Assembly: GCA_012295275.1 (NCBI GenBank)
Contig: CM022666.1
Span: forward strand, 3,162,001 to 3,226,000
Direction of reading: 5' to 3'
Source: Chrysomallon squamiferum
Taxonomy: Eukaryota; Animalia; Mollusca
Length of the DNA stretch: 64,000 nucleotides
Part shown: positions 12,091-26,472 of the stretch, piece after piece
How positions within the stretch are numbered: position 1 is the stretch's first letter
Layout of the letters: each line of letters starts with the position of its first letter
Translations under genes and position numbers: made by a program
The notes under the pieces: model-generated
What the model was told of the DNA's origin: nothing
Seen by the model: only the letters and a program-made list of their open reading frames with translations
Databases searched by the model: none

Positions 12091-12546
12091 CCACGTCTAC
12101 TATCGCTATATCATCGCCACCATCACAATAACTATAATAATAATTATATAAATACAGTATGATTCATGAACCTTCCCATAACCTTTCTGTTGTAAATCTT
12201 GTTTTCACAAAAAAAAATTGGGTTTTTTTCTAATTCAAGGGAGAGGATCGAAACGTATTCCATCATGAAGAATATTTACAAGTTACTTCCCTTGATAATG
12301 TCTTTATTATTATTATTATTATTATTATTTTGTTTGTATTTTTTTTTTTTTGTTTCTTTGCTCTTCTTTTTCATTTTTTTTCTTATTTGTCCTTAATTTA
12401 ATTCATTTAAATATGAATGCAGTGGAAAACGTAGTTAGGGTTATTTCATTAGACTGATGACGTAGGCAGAAAGGTCTTTAGATGAATCACAAAATGTGCA
12501 CAACGAAAACTGATTCAGGTGAATAATTATTTCCTATGACATGACT

Positions 12547-12547
12547 T

Positions 12548-12592
<45 letters not shown>

Positions 12593-12628
12593 CTAACTAA
12601 CTAATTAGCTAACTAACTATTTAACTAA
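12547..12628 (+). repeat. (ACTA)n tetranucleotide repeat
   Basis: (ACTA)11 at 12548-12591, degenerate to ~12628. Confidence 0.9.
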
Positions 12629-13221
12629 TTAGATAATTAAATAAACAGATAAGTAAATAAGAAAACAGATAGATAGATAGATAGATGAATAAATAAATAA
12701 ATAAATAGATCAATCAATCTGTCAATCGATCAATCAGTAGAACAGTAGATCAATAAACCGACAGATAGATATAATAGACAGACAGACAGACAGAGAGACA
12801 GACAGATAGATAGATAGACTGACTGATAAATACACGAAAGAATTTTTTTTTAAAATAATTATTATTATCAGATTAAGGGAGGCAATTCACATTGTTTTCA
12901 GATATATCTCTTCCATCGGAAATAGATGAATAATCTCCCTTTACACCGAAACAGTTTCTAGATTAAAGAGAGAAACAGGAACAGTAAACACATTTTCATT
13001 AATTTTTAAGTTATAGCTCTTTGGGTGTGGATTTCGTAATTTTGATAATAATGTTATTATTTATTGAAATAATTATAAGGCTGAAGACGACAATGATAAT
13101 AACACCAGCAGGAATTTTGTTGTTGTTGATATTATTATTATTGTTGTTGTTGTTATCATTATTGTTATTGTTGCTGTTGTTATTATTTTTCTTCTTCAAA
13201 TTATTGTTGTTATTTATTTAC

Positions 13222-13258
<37 letters not shown>

Positions 13259-13579
13259 GTTATTGTTATTTTTGTTATTATTATTATTACCAATGTTTTT
13301 GTTATTTCTGCTATTGTTGTGTATGTTATTATTATTATCACCACTATTTTTGTTATAGTTGTTGTTGTTGTTGATGTTACTTGAGTCGCATCATCATCAT
13401 CACTGACACCATACAATCAATTATCTTTACTTCGCTAACCAAAATCATCTTTGTCATGTAAAACAATTTTTGTATTTAAGGCATGGCATTAAGACGTCAA
13501 AGGACGGATGTCATAACTGCGTGAACAAAAACCACTTTATCCAGAAAGCAAAAACGTTCTAATTATACTTAATCAAAGA

Positions 13580-13800
13580 AAAACGCCAATTTGTGACGTC
13601 ATAGCCCTCGCGAGCAATCAAAGTCTCATTATTGCGGCCGGAAGCGGAAATCAGCGAAAAACCCACAGTGGAAGAAAAATGTATAATCTGTCACGTATGG
13701 GACCAGTCAAACGTCATTTATCTCCCCCCCGTCCCGCCCCGGCCCCGCCCCGCGCAGCGAGGTCATGCTGACGTAATTCGAGGTCAGATTGTCAGAAGAA
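13580..13800. promoter_or_regulatory. Promoter/enhancer-like CpG island
   Basis: CCAAT 13586, TGACGTCA 13594-13601, CCGGAAGCGGAAA (ETS-like) ~13638, GC boxes and five C-runs 13724-13751 (G4-compatible on the minus strand), two AGGTCA half-sites at 13760 and 13781. Confidence 0.55.
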
Positions 13801-13931
13801 GGTGGTTTGTAAACGTTTGATTTGAGATGAACATGCAAAAAAGAAGGATTTGTTTGTTTGTTTATTTGTTTATTTGTTTGTTTGTTTATTTATTTATTTG
13901 TGAAGCATGTATTTGTACCATTCCTCCTACC

Positions 13932-13974
<43 letters not shown>

Positions 13975-14827
13975 TTTAATAAAAAATATATAATAAACAC
14001 ACACACACACGGACACACACGCACACACAACACATATCGAGAGAGAGATTCAAAAGACATATATCGATAGATGGAAAAAAAAAGATGTATAGATAGATAA
14101 ATAGATGCTTAAATATTAATATACTAAATAATAGTTTGTAATAATTATGTTTTTACGAATAGTAGTAGTAGTAGTAGCAGTAGTAGTAACAGTAATTATA
14201 GTACTATAGTAACAGTCGTAGTAGTAGTAATAATAGTATTAGCTGTTGTAATAATATCAGTAGTAGTTACTCTTGTAATAGCAGTAGTAATGCTAACAAT
14301 AGTACTCGAAACAGTGGTACAAATACAAGTCTTTTGAAGAAAAAAACCCACAACAGAAGCAGTCTTTAAAAATAGTTCCCATTTCGCAATCGTCATTTCG
14401 AAGAGAGGGCGGCCATTGCAACACAACACGTGATAATATTATTTCTCCGTGTTATCAGTCTGTTTAATTAATCCTGCACTTGTTTTTGCTGATAACGTGC
14501 TGTTTATCCCAGCTAAGAACGCAGCCCCTTTCAAATAACACGAGGTTTTAACCGTAGATGCTATCGGGCGTCGACTTCCAGCGACCTTGACACGTCGGGT
14601 CAGAGGTCATGTTTGACATGTGCAAAGAAAACGTTACGACGGCTTGATGACGTACTGTCAATGTTTGCTCGTGGCTGACGTCTGTTATGGAACTGGGAAG
14701 CGAAGTGGTAGAGAGATTTTGTGTGTTTAAACTTGTAAATGAAAGTCTTTAATGATCGGGTCGCTGAACTTATAACTCTAATAGTGTTATCTTTTGTACC
14801 ATTTGTGTGCATTTTATATATAGACTC

Positions 14828-14870
<43 letters not shown>

Positions 14871-15384
14871 TACAGAGGTTATGAAAAAATATATATTTCT
14901 GCAAAAAAATAGACACACACACGTGCGTACAAACACATTCATATTCATATATAGACATAAGCATGCAAATACATATGTATATGCAATCATATATACATAC
15001 ATTGTAGACACAAAATACATATACACAAACAAAGTATTTCCATACATATAAGAACATAATTTATACGCATACATATAAACACACATACATACCTTCATAC
15101 ATACACTCAGACTTCGTTAGGACGATTATATTTGAAAGAATGTATATCTGTGTACTTATTATATAATGTCTGACATATCTGTCTGTATATATTATGTCTG
15201 GGGTATGTGTATGTACAGTATCGATACATATAGACTAACACACACACACACTTATACACACATATACACACACTGAGATGATAGTGCAATATGAAAAAAT
15301 AATAAGAACAAGAAAAACTACTCATACGAACCAATAACGTCCAACACAGGAAAACGATAATAATGTTTGCACATTACAAAGCAA

Positions 15385-15421
<37 letters not shown>

Positions 15422-15834
15422 AATGGATAATTAGATCTTTTTACAGAACCAAGCAGGGGTTATTTTATTATTTTTCTCTGATGTTTTTGCCTATTTTTTG
15501 TTCATTCCTTTGAAGTTACGAACTGGAAAATCACAGCCTATTTACGACAGTCGTAGACTCAAACGAAGCCATGATTACTACCGATAGAAAATAACGTTAA
15601 AAAACCGTAACTCAAAGTGACGGTTTTTTGTCATGAAGGTATTTTGCTTTGTATCCGACACAAATACCCATTTCTGTTTCTCCTTATTCATCACTAAATA
15701 TCTTTTTCTTTTCCCCACTTCTTTTTTTTTTTTTTTTTTTTTTCCCCAGCTTTTCTTTTCACACACACATACACATAGAGAAGCAATTCTTAGCAGAAAT
15801 TTTTTGACAAGGTTGTCTCGTTATATCTTAATTT

Positions 15835-16010
15835 GGGGGGAGGAAGGTGCGAGCAGGGCGCCCGGGGAGTCACAGCGGGGGGGCCAGTTGAGAAATAACG
15901 AAGATCCTTTTCATAATTACACTGATTCTTCTCAAGTGTTACGCTGTTAGCGCGGCGGGTTTGTTTGGAGCGTCCCACCGTGAAGCCAGTCATCGGCCAT
16001 CTTGGCAAAA
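15835..16010. promoter_or_regulatory. GC-rich regulatory island upstream of the candidate micro-exon
   Basis: ZIC-like CACAGCGGGGGG 15871-15882 and YY1-like GCCATCTTG 15996-16004, with high local GC and CpG. Confidence 0.4.
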
Positions 16011-16131
16011 CACTGATTTGACTGACTGACTGATTTAGACTGTAAAAACTCCTCTTTTTTTTTATTTTTTTTTTCAACTGCGCTATTTTGCTAAATGTCA
16101 GAATGGTTTTTAACACGCTCGAGTTTGTCTG

Positions 16132-16165
<34 letters not shown>

Positions 16166-16349
16166 CAAAGCGGAAAGACTGTCACAGGAGAGTCTTTTGC
16201 TCCCTAAGTTAGTGAGAACAAAACCCGTCAGAAAAGAGAGAATGGAAAGGTTAAAGACGATGAAAAATTCATTTTTTTTTTTCCTACGAATTACAGCAGA
16301 GCAAGGACAGATCTGGAGGGGAGAATTCAGCTTCCCTTTTATTATTATT

Positions 16350-16556
16350 ATTACTATTGCTGTTCTTGTTGATGTACTGTTGTTGTTACTGTTATTGTAA
16401 TTATTATTATTACTATTGTTATAATTGTTGTTGTCGTTCTTGTTATTATTATTACTATTACTATTCTTGTTGATGTACTGTTGATGTTACCGTTGTTGTA
16501 ATTATTATTATTGCTATTGTTATAATTGTTGTTGTCGCTCTTGTTGTTGTTATTAT
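16350..16556. repeat. Tandem duplication (~100-bp unit, 2 copies) of a TTG/TTA-rich segment
   Basis: TTCTTGTTGATGTACTGTTG...TATTGTTATAATTGTTGTTGTCG occurs twice about 101 bp apart. Confidence 0.8.
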
Positions 16557-16755
16557 TAGTATTACTATTGTTGTTGTTGTAATTATTATTATTAATATTG
16601 TTATACTATTATTATTATTATCATTATCATTATTATTATTATTAGTATTATTAATATTATTATTATTTTTATTGTTATTATTATTTCTATTATTATTATT
16701 ATTACTATTATTATTATTATTGCTATTATTATTATTACTATTATAATTATTATTG

Positions 16756-16808
<53 letters not shown>

Positions 16809-17151
16809 TTATAACCGATCATCATCTTTTTTTCTTTTCTTCTTCTACGTCTTCTTCTTCTTTTTCTTGTTAAATAATGGAACTCGTTCCATCTCCATTC
16901 TTTTATTGCTGCAATTAAAACGTCAGTCCTCCATTCTGGAATCCAGGAACCACCACTGGTGCGGGAGTGACGAGTGACGTTTATTTTAGCTCTCGTTATT
17001 ATCTGCTGAGAATTTCATTGTCTCAGTGACTGAAGCTTTTACCTCGGAATTAATTTTGGTCGCAGGGTCAACCTTTGTCATTGCGATTATTGTGTTATAT
17101 CCCATTCTAACTAATGCTCTGCAATTTGTTTATCAAATGTTGTTTTCCCAG

Positions 17152-17186
17152 GAATGAGAAGGTTTAAGTCAACTAATTCGTCTCTG
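17152..17186 (+). CDS. Candidate 35-nt exon containing an ATG (MRRFKSTNSSL, phase-0 donor)
   Basis: Branch-like CTAAC 17107-17111, acceptor TGTTTTCCCAG|G (AG ends 17151), donor CTG|GTAAGT at 17187. Only one frame is open, and it has ATG at 17154 and exactly 11 codons to the donor. No homology recognised. Confidence 0.5.
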
Positions 17187-17619
17187 GTAAGTATTTAGTG
17201 TTTTCAACTTAAGATTGTGAAAAATATTTTTGGTTTAATATAACACTGAACACCGAACAAACGATGTTAAATAGTAATTACTGTCTTTATATTAGGGCTG
17301 TCATAGTTAAAAGATATCTTAAGATAGTAATTATAATAATAATTGTGTTAGAATTATGAAATACTAGACGTCCGAATATCCACGATTTAATACGCTCCAA
17401 TACTTTCATAAAACAAACCAGTTTTTAAAATCTGATGAAATAATTTAAGGAAGTGTTTGTTGATATTATCAAAAATAACTTGTATATATTATTAGTAGTA
17501 TTTTTTGGTATTAGCAAGGAAACGCCAGTTAAAATGTGTTCTTATTTTATCAGTAAGCATGCGCGTCTGTTTTTCATTTTAAAAATCTTTTCCCTTCTAA
17601 CAACTATTTTGTGTATTAA

Positions 17620-17697
<78 letters not shown>

Positions 17698-17781
17698 TTA
17701 TCCAATATTATTTTAACCAATAAGTACAGAAGCATAATGGTTGGTTATGCATCATATCTAGAAAACCCCACAATAAATATA

Positions 17782-17812
<31 letters not shown>

Positions 17813-17959
17813 ATATATAAGTAAATAAACGAATAAATAAATAAATAAATAAGTAAGTAAGTAAGTAAATAAAAAAAAAACTAAGCAAATAAATAAATAT
17901 GTAAGTAAATAAATAAATAATAAGGAAAATAAAATATATAATAATAATAATAATAATAA

Positions 17960-17990
<31 letters not shown>

Positions 17991-18355
17991 AAGAAGAAAA
18001 AGAAGAAGAAGAAAAAGAAGAAGAAGAAAAAAAGAAGTATCCATTCACGGATTGTTTTATTTTATTTTATTTCGTTTTATGCTTATTTATTGTTTTATTG
18101 CAAAATTACATGTAATAAATTTCTGTTTGTAAGATAATATACAAATGAAATCGCAGCAATTACAATCCTATCATTGTCGGCTTACATTCCGTGTTAGAAA
18201 CAAGTACAGTTATCTCCCTTGCACTGGTAAGTAAAGTTTACGTTCAAATTATTTTTTAATAACATTTTAATAGTAGAAAGCTTATCCACTTAAGTGTAAC
18301 TTGGTTTTCTTTTTATGTCTTTTATTTTATTCTATATCTTTTAATTAATCAAATG

Positions 18356-18387
<32 letters not shown>

Positions 18388-19329
18388 GTAGTAGTAGTAG
18401 TAGTAGCAGCAGTAGTAGTAGTAGTAGTAGTATTTGTTTGTTTGTTGTTTATTTATTTTTAATTTAATTATATTTTACAGAATTTCTAAATATAATTTCA
18501 TTTTATTTATTTACTGTTTTATTTTGTTTAATTCTATTTTATTTCTGTTTATTTATTTTATTTAACGTCTCTTTCTTTTTTAATTGTATTTATAATTACA
18601 TTTCATGTAATATTATTTTTCATTTTATTCTATTTTATTTTATTTGTTTGTATACTGAAATACAAAACAACAATATTTCGGTTAAAGAGTACGACTATGA
18701 TAAAAATAAGTTTACCTTTTAAATATAGTCTACGAGATAAAATAAATTGTATTAGTGCATTTAAAACGAATAAACACTATAACTATTACTTTTAATATTA
18801 TCACCATTATTATTATTATAACTACTGCTTCAAATGTTTCTACTCTTATAACTAAAACTTTAAAAAAATTATAACTACTAAAACACCTTCTTAAACTTCA
18901 ATTACTATTACTACTACTACTACTTCTATTACTCTAATCATTATTAATACTAATTACACTACTACAATAAATTCTACAACGATTATTTCTTTTCGTGGAA
19001 AACTGACGAATATAAAAGATTCTCATTTTTTTTTTTTCTTTTTTCATTATTGGATAAAGTTACCAGTGAGACAGCGGGTTACTCCCTAGCTGCAAACAAG
19101 CTCCATCATCATCTCCCTCTGTAGATCAAAGAATTTCTTCTTCTTCTTCTTTTTTTCTAAAAAGTCTATCAACAACTACATATTTAAAAAAAAAAAAAAA
19201 AAAAAAATGCACGGTATAACACTATGCAGGTGAAATATGTCATCCCAGCAAAAACCGCCCAACAAACACCCCATCTCTCATATATTTAATATTTATTACA
19301 CACGTTGTTGTTGTTGTTGTTGTTGTTGC

Positions 19330-19610
19330 TGTTCACGTAAATCATAAAACGAAACCCTCGTGTACGAAGCGACCAGCTACATTTCAAAATGGCTGCCATC
19401 GGAACGCTTCTCCGCGCGTTCGCGAGATTCTCGTCTGTTCTCGCCCACTGAGAAGGCAATTAACACCTATTCTTCCGCGGCCCAGAAAATGGCGGGAGGT
19501 ATAGCTCCCAGTGTTCGGGATACCCTTTAACTTTCGAGGTTCTTTAGAATTTTGTGAAAAAAAGCCCCGCCGAGTGAAAAGTTACCGGTCGCTTATACCC
19601 AGCATGCTCT
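19330..19610. promoter_or_regulatory. CpG island with YY1-like sites
   Basis: Dense CpG, CAAAATGGC 19385, AAAATGGCGG 19486 and TTCGCGAGA ~19419. Confidence 0.45.
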
Positions 19611-20466
19611 GAAATGATTATGATAAATTATGATAAATTGATTCGTACCTAATTGTTTTTGGTGTGTTTTCTTTTTCTTCTTCTTCTTTTTAAATTTTTA
19701 TTTTTTTTTTTTTTTTTCAGTGTTGATCTTGAATGTTAAATTATGTTTGTGTCTGATGGTGACTTGTTTGAAGTCTACTCGTGTTTACAATTAAGTGTAT
19801 AGAAAGAATAATACTGGCAATAATGTTTATAAATACTACTATTATTACTGCTGCTGCTGCTATTACTACTACTACTACTACTACTACAACTACAAATAGT
19901 AGAAGAAGATAAACAACAGGAACAACAACAGTAATGGTGATGGTAGTAGTAATAATAATAATTACAATGAATTGATAGTGATTGATATATTAAAAGGAGA
20001 CAATTAAAACACAAATAGTAATACTGCTAACAATATTATCAATTGTTTGACGTAGAAAATAATAAGAATAATTGTTATTAATCTAACTAACTAAGTAAAT
20101 AAATAAATAAATAAAAATAAAATATAATTAAAATAAAATTAAAATTAAAATAAAATAAAATAAACTTTTCTCCGCTTATATTTATTTATTTATTTGTTAA
20201 TGTTCTGCTTTGTTTATTTATTTCCTTGTTTGTTCGCTTAATTAATTTAGTTAATTATTTGTCTGTTTGTTCGTTTCTTTATTTATTCATGTATTTTTCT
20301 TTTTTAACTCGATGGTTCAACAAATCCATTTTCACATCCATCTCTCTCTCGTTTTATCATCTTCCACCCCCCCCATCCCACCACCGCACACCACATACTT
20401 TTAATACTTATAACCGCTAGATAAACTCTGCCCATGCCCTGGTTATTATATTAAATAATAATCTAA

Positions 20467-20537
<71 letters not shown>

Positions 20538-20604
20538 GTCTGTGTGAATGTCTCTCTCTCTCTCTCGTCTGTCTGTGTGTCTGTGTGAATGTCTCTCTCT
20601 CTCT

Positions 20605-20668
<64 letters not shown>

Positions 20669-21267
20669 AAATGATGCTTATGGGTCTATTTACTGGAGAG
20701 CGACGTAGTAGATTTTCCCTTATCTTTCTTCGCCGTATTTGCAAAACTTCCATCTCGGTTCGTGGTGCCACGTCACAAAGGTCGCTTTGCGGAGTGATTT
20801 ATGACGTGTCTTCAAAAGAAGCAGATGGCGTTGCGTACTGGCGGGGGGGGGAAACGGAGTAGATAAATTAAAGTAAGAATGGAGTGCTAGAACGTCGGTC
20901 GCGCAGTCGAAAGCACGTGTAAAAAGGACGTGCAAGCTTTTAAAAAGGTTCATAATTTATGTGGCATGTTTTGAATTAGCACGGGCCATATTCAGCGGTT
21001 TTACGTAGAGTACTTGGATTTTTTTTTTTTTCTGTCTCTTTGACATACGATCTTTTTTTTTTTTTTTTTAGCCGCTCTTTCGTAAGAAATCTGTGGGAGA
21101 CAACTGGTTTTTTTTTTTTTGTGACGTCATTTCGTTGGATAAAGAAGAAAAAAAAATTAAAAATTAAAAATTAAAGACATAGGTGGTTATTATTATATAT
21201 TGGCCTAAGATATGTTTTTTTTTTCAATATTAATTTGGATAATGTTTTCTGAATAGTGGTAAACAGT

Positions 21268-21321
<54 letters not shown>

Positions 21322-21759
21322 AACAAGAAACAACAAAATAAGAATGCATATCATTATGACATGAACTCAACATTATATTTTTTCTAGGAATAATACAAAT
21401 ATCCTAAAACACATCTTATCAGATTTTAAACATTCCAAAGTATGAAAAAAAAAAAAAAAATAAAAAAATATACATAATGATCTCAAGAAAAACGAAAAGG
21501 TTTTTATATATTAATACAGTAAATATAGAAAATAACTGATCACTAGGTAAGACAGAGTAAACGTGGATATAGGTGGAATATCGTAATTATTCTCTTGTTT
21601 AAGGAAGACTGATGTATGTGTATCTCTACAGGATCAATTTTGATATTTAGAAAGTGGAATTCAGTTTATCATTCGATAGTCTGGTTAGATAAACAGTCCT
21701 GTGTGCGATAATATTTAACTGTATGGGATAGTTTGTTGTTGTTCGTTTATTGTTTATTC

Positions 21760-21874
<115 letters not shown>

Positions 21875-23288
21875 AAAATTACCTTTCCAAAAAGAAGAAG
21901 AAGAAGAAGAAAAAATTAATATAATAATAATAACAATAACAATAACAATAATAGCAATAATAAGAATAAGAATAATAATAGTAATAATAATAATAATAAT
22001 AATAATTTATAATAATAATAAAAATAAAATAAAATAAAATAAAATAAAATAAAATAAAATAAAATAAATATACGAGCAACAAGAAGAAGAACAACAAGAA
22101 ACTAACAACAAAAACAACAACAAAAATGCACAAGAAACAAACTGGGAGTTATGCAACAACAACAACAACAACAACAAAAATATATATATGTATAGTCAAA
22201 CCATCAGAAGGTAAATCTAAACCACTATTTATCAACAGAGGTTGGATAAAACTGGGAGAAAAGACAGACGGAGAGACAGAAAGAGAGAGAGAGAGAAAAA
22301 AAGATATTAAACTTTCAGAGCCATAAAACACGTTAAACACCCACAACTTGACAATGGCACAAACAGCGGGCAATAAAAACAAGATTAATTGATAACTTTA
22401 AGCTTCTGTTGCATTCATTTCGCTGAGTAGGTTTAACCTCGTTGCATATACCGGGTGTAAGATTACGCTCGTTTTAATCATTTTATGGTGGTCGAAATTA
22501 CGAAATCCGCTTTAAACTTGTCAAGTTTGTGAGACAAACCGTAATCGTCTGTGAAAAGCCGGCACAATGACTTCTAAACTTAACTTTTTCGCCCCCTTTT
22601 TTTTCAGGGCTTTTTTTTTTTTTTTGATGTCTCCGTGATTAACTAGGAAACGGTTCGATTGTTCCATTGCGGTTCGTTACGTTCGTGAACGTCAGTTTGT
22701 TTTCTCTGGTCGTCAACGCAGCGAGGATTTTGATAATGAAGGTTGCTGGAGAAAGAAAGAAAGAGCGAAAATACAAAAACAAAATCTGTTTGTAAAGAAA
22801 TGAGTAAATTAACGACTGGTAATAATGGGTCGTTTGTTGTTCTTGCAGTTTATTCGGCGCGGTCCTTTTGAAGGCCCGAAAAAAAAAAAAAAAAAAAAAA
22901 TAATGGTGACGACAACTGGTATTGGTCCTCGTTGACAGGTTAATTTATATAGTGTGATGTTGTTGTCGTTACAGCGGTACGAAAGTAGTGTGGGTGTCAG
23001 TTATTTTATCATTTGTTTTTGAATTAGGATTCGCTCTCTTTGGAAAGTGTTACGTGAAACATCGTGTTTAAGAAGTGCCGAGAAGTCGTCTTACAAAGAG
23101 TTTTCTTGTCATTACGTGTGTTTTATGTTCAACGTATAATGATTGACGAAGAATTGATACTCAGTATAATTTAACTCACTGCAGCTCATTTCCGAGATTA
23201 TGACTGAAAGTTCAGCACAGACGATTGTATGTTTAATTGTTGTAAAAGAGCAAAGAATATCTCTTTTTTTTAAAATGATCTCTCTCTC

Positions 23289-23379
<91 letters not shown>

Positions 23380-23661
23380 CATGCAAAAATGCATAACTCG
23401 ACAGACAGATACTGCACATATACATAGGCACATACATGCATACACACACAAAGGCACACAGACACACACACACACACACATCTTTATGAGTATGTTTTGT
23501 TGGCTTTTTCCAAAACTTTCTGTCTGTTTTTTTTTCTCTCCTTCTCTTTCAATTTTCAGTGTGATAATAAGATAATAAGATAAAGACGCGAACCTTCTTC
23601 ATATTTTATTTTTATTTCTATTAATTTTACTCTGAACACACATAACACACTTTCATATATG

Positions 23662-23694
<33 letters not shown>

Positions 23695-23901
23695 TTGCAT
23701 ATATGTATGTATGTATGTATGTATATATATATATATTTATATAGTTTATATCTGAAGTTAATAATTATGTAAGTATGCCTTAGTACACATACAAATATAC
23801 ATTCATAATTATACACACAGTCACATACCATATTCATGTATACCAACTTACACATAAGTATACCCCCTCTGACATGTATACTCTTACAAACAAACCAATC
23901 A

Positions 23902-23952
<51 letters not shown>

Positions 23953-25174
23953 AATCCTTATCTTTACTCATATAGAAGATACACATATTTATCTTTAAAC
24001 ATAATCCCGCATACAGATATTTATCCTTTTTTTCCCAACACATATACTTATTCTTACACATACAACCAAATACATGTACTTATCCACACACACACACACA
24101 CACACGCACACACGTACTTATCCACACCGCAAATGCCCATCTAGACACACACACATCCACATACCTACAAAACGTTTTTATATTGCTGTTATTATTACCA
24201 CTTAATCATATTTTTTTGCCCACTGAATATTAATTTAACGACTACGAAACTTTTTATTTTTTTATTATTTGCTTTTTTTATAATCATCGACGCCTTGCTC
24301 GGAATAAATCAAAAATCGCTTATTTGTCTTCGGCCATTGCCAGACGCCACGAAGTCTAGAAAACATCCCTCTTTATTTCCTTCCTCATTGTTCCCCTTTT
24401 CGAAGCCTTTGCAATAAACGGTCCTCGGGTTATTTTTCTCTTCAGTGAATACCTATACGAAACAACACTTTCCAGTCGACAAGTTGCAGTTTAACCGTCA
24501 TAAACCTTCTGCGCATGACCGCTTGCTTTATTGCCCCCTGTTTGTTGTCGGAGAGATAAATTAATTATTTATATTGTCAGCTCTGAGTGGAAGTCTTCTT
24601 CAAAATCGTGTTAAAACCATTGTGAGTGTTTTGCTGTTTGAAACGCGTCAATGGGGAAGGGATTGGGCGTCCACAAAAAAAAAAAAAAAAAAGAAAAGAA
24701 GGAGGATTTGTTAGTGAAGTGGGCATAAAAAAAAAAAAAAAAAAAAAATAAAAATAAAAAGAGAGAAAAGTAAGAAAGCATGTACATTAAAAAGTGAAGA
24801 TTTTTTTTTTTTTTTTTTTGGCTTGTTGATCTTTATAAATGATTTATATAGCTGTTTTTGTTATATTTGTTGATCATTCTGGCTATTTCTTACGTGTTAT
24901 GTCCGTTTAATTGTTCGTTCGTTCGTTCGTTTTGTCATTCTTTCGTTTATTCGTACTTTCGTACCTTCACCCATATTTATTTCTTCATTCATTCGGTGAT
25001 TATTAGTAAAATCCATTAATATTAGTTTTTAATTTATTGGTTTATTAAGGTATATCTATCCCGGTGTCCGTTTTTCCGTCCGTTCATTGACAAAAATAAT
25101 TAAATTTTATTTTTCACTCCACCAATCCGCATGCAAAACCGGTATCCTTGTCTGTCATCTTTATTTTTCTTCTT

Positions 25175-25207
<33 letters not shown>

Positions 25208-26080
25208 ATTATTATTATTATTATTATTTAAAAATAACAACGACAACTACAACCACAACCATCACCAGAACAACGATAGCAATAATAATAAAACTAACAA
25301 AACGACAACAACAACAACAACAACAGCTGATTGCTGTCATCCTCAAAATTCTGAAAAATAAGATGACTACAACGAACGTCGTCAGACTTTTACAACAACT
25401 GTGACTACGTCGAATTCGACGACATCAATAATCGCTGCGGTCGGTGATGATTCACCACACGACATGGATGACCATTTCCAATTTTACGCCAACTACAACC
25501 ACGACTTCCCTGAATCGGAAAGGGGCGTAAAAAAAAAGAGCATTGAAATTTCCAACACTAAAACCACATCAAATAAATGCAGAAAGATTAAAAAAAAAAA
25601 AAAAACGGGCCGTTTTACCTTTTTGATTATCAAGAAATAATCAGACCATATAGAAATACCTTTTATTTATACATGTGCATATAACATAGGCGTGGCTTGA
25701 CGAGATTAATAAATATCGCCTATAAAATTCAGCGAAGCATTTCTCCGTGTTAAAAAAAAAAAAAAAAATGTCAAGTTCTCGGCATACAGTGGGTGGGTCT
25801 TTACGGCAAATCGGTTTCAGACTGTTTGTGTGTCACCGAACGTATTTTATTTATGTGCCGTATTTTACGACACACACCCATCACAACAAAAGGCAAAATA
25901 CTGCAGTTTTATTCAGAGGTTAAATTCATTAGTGCATCTCCATGTCGTGCATAAACAGAAAAACAGTAACAATCGTGTGTTTTTTCTCCTATGCATGTTT
26001 GTATGTATGTGATTTAATTTATACGTGCATGCAGCATTCATACATACACGTACACATATACATGCATGCAAGCATAAATA

Positions 26081-26115
<35 letters not shown>

Positions 26116-26254
26116 GGAAATAAATGCATATATACATGCATACATTACAATATAAAACAGAAGAAAAAAACAACAACCCAAAAAAAAAAAAAAAAAAAAA
26201 ATAATAAAATCCAAAAAGAACCTCTGAAAAAAAAAGCAACCATAAACGGAAAAT

Positions 26255-26472
26255 AAAGTTACGAAATACCCTATATAAATGATGATTAAAAAATTGCAAC
26301 CAAACCCTCGTTCATTTATTACAACAAAAACTGTAAAACATATACATCAAAGGAAAGAAACGAACAAAGTTATGAAATACTTCATATAAATGATGATTAA
26401 AAAAACTGCAACCAAACCAAACGTTCATTTATTACAATAAAAACTGTAAGACATATATATTAAAGAAAGAAA
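26255..26472. repeat. Tandem duplication, 111-bp period, 2 copies
   Basis: AAAGTTA(C/T)GAAATAC...ATATAAATGATGATTAAAAAA...GCAACCAAACC...GTTCATTTATTACAA starts at 26255 and 26366. Confidence 0.9.
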
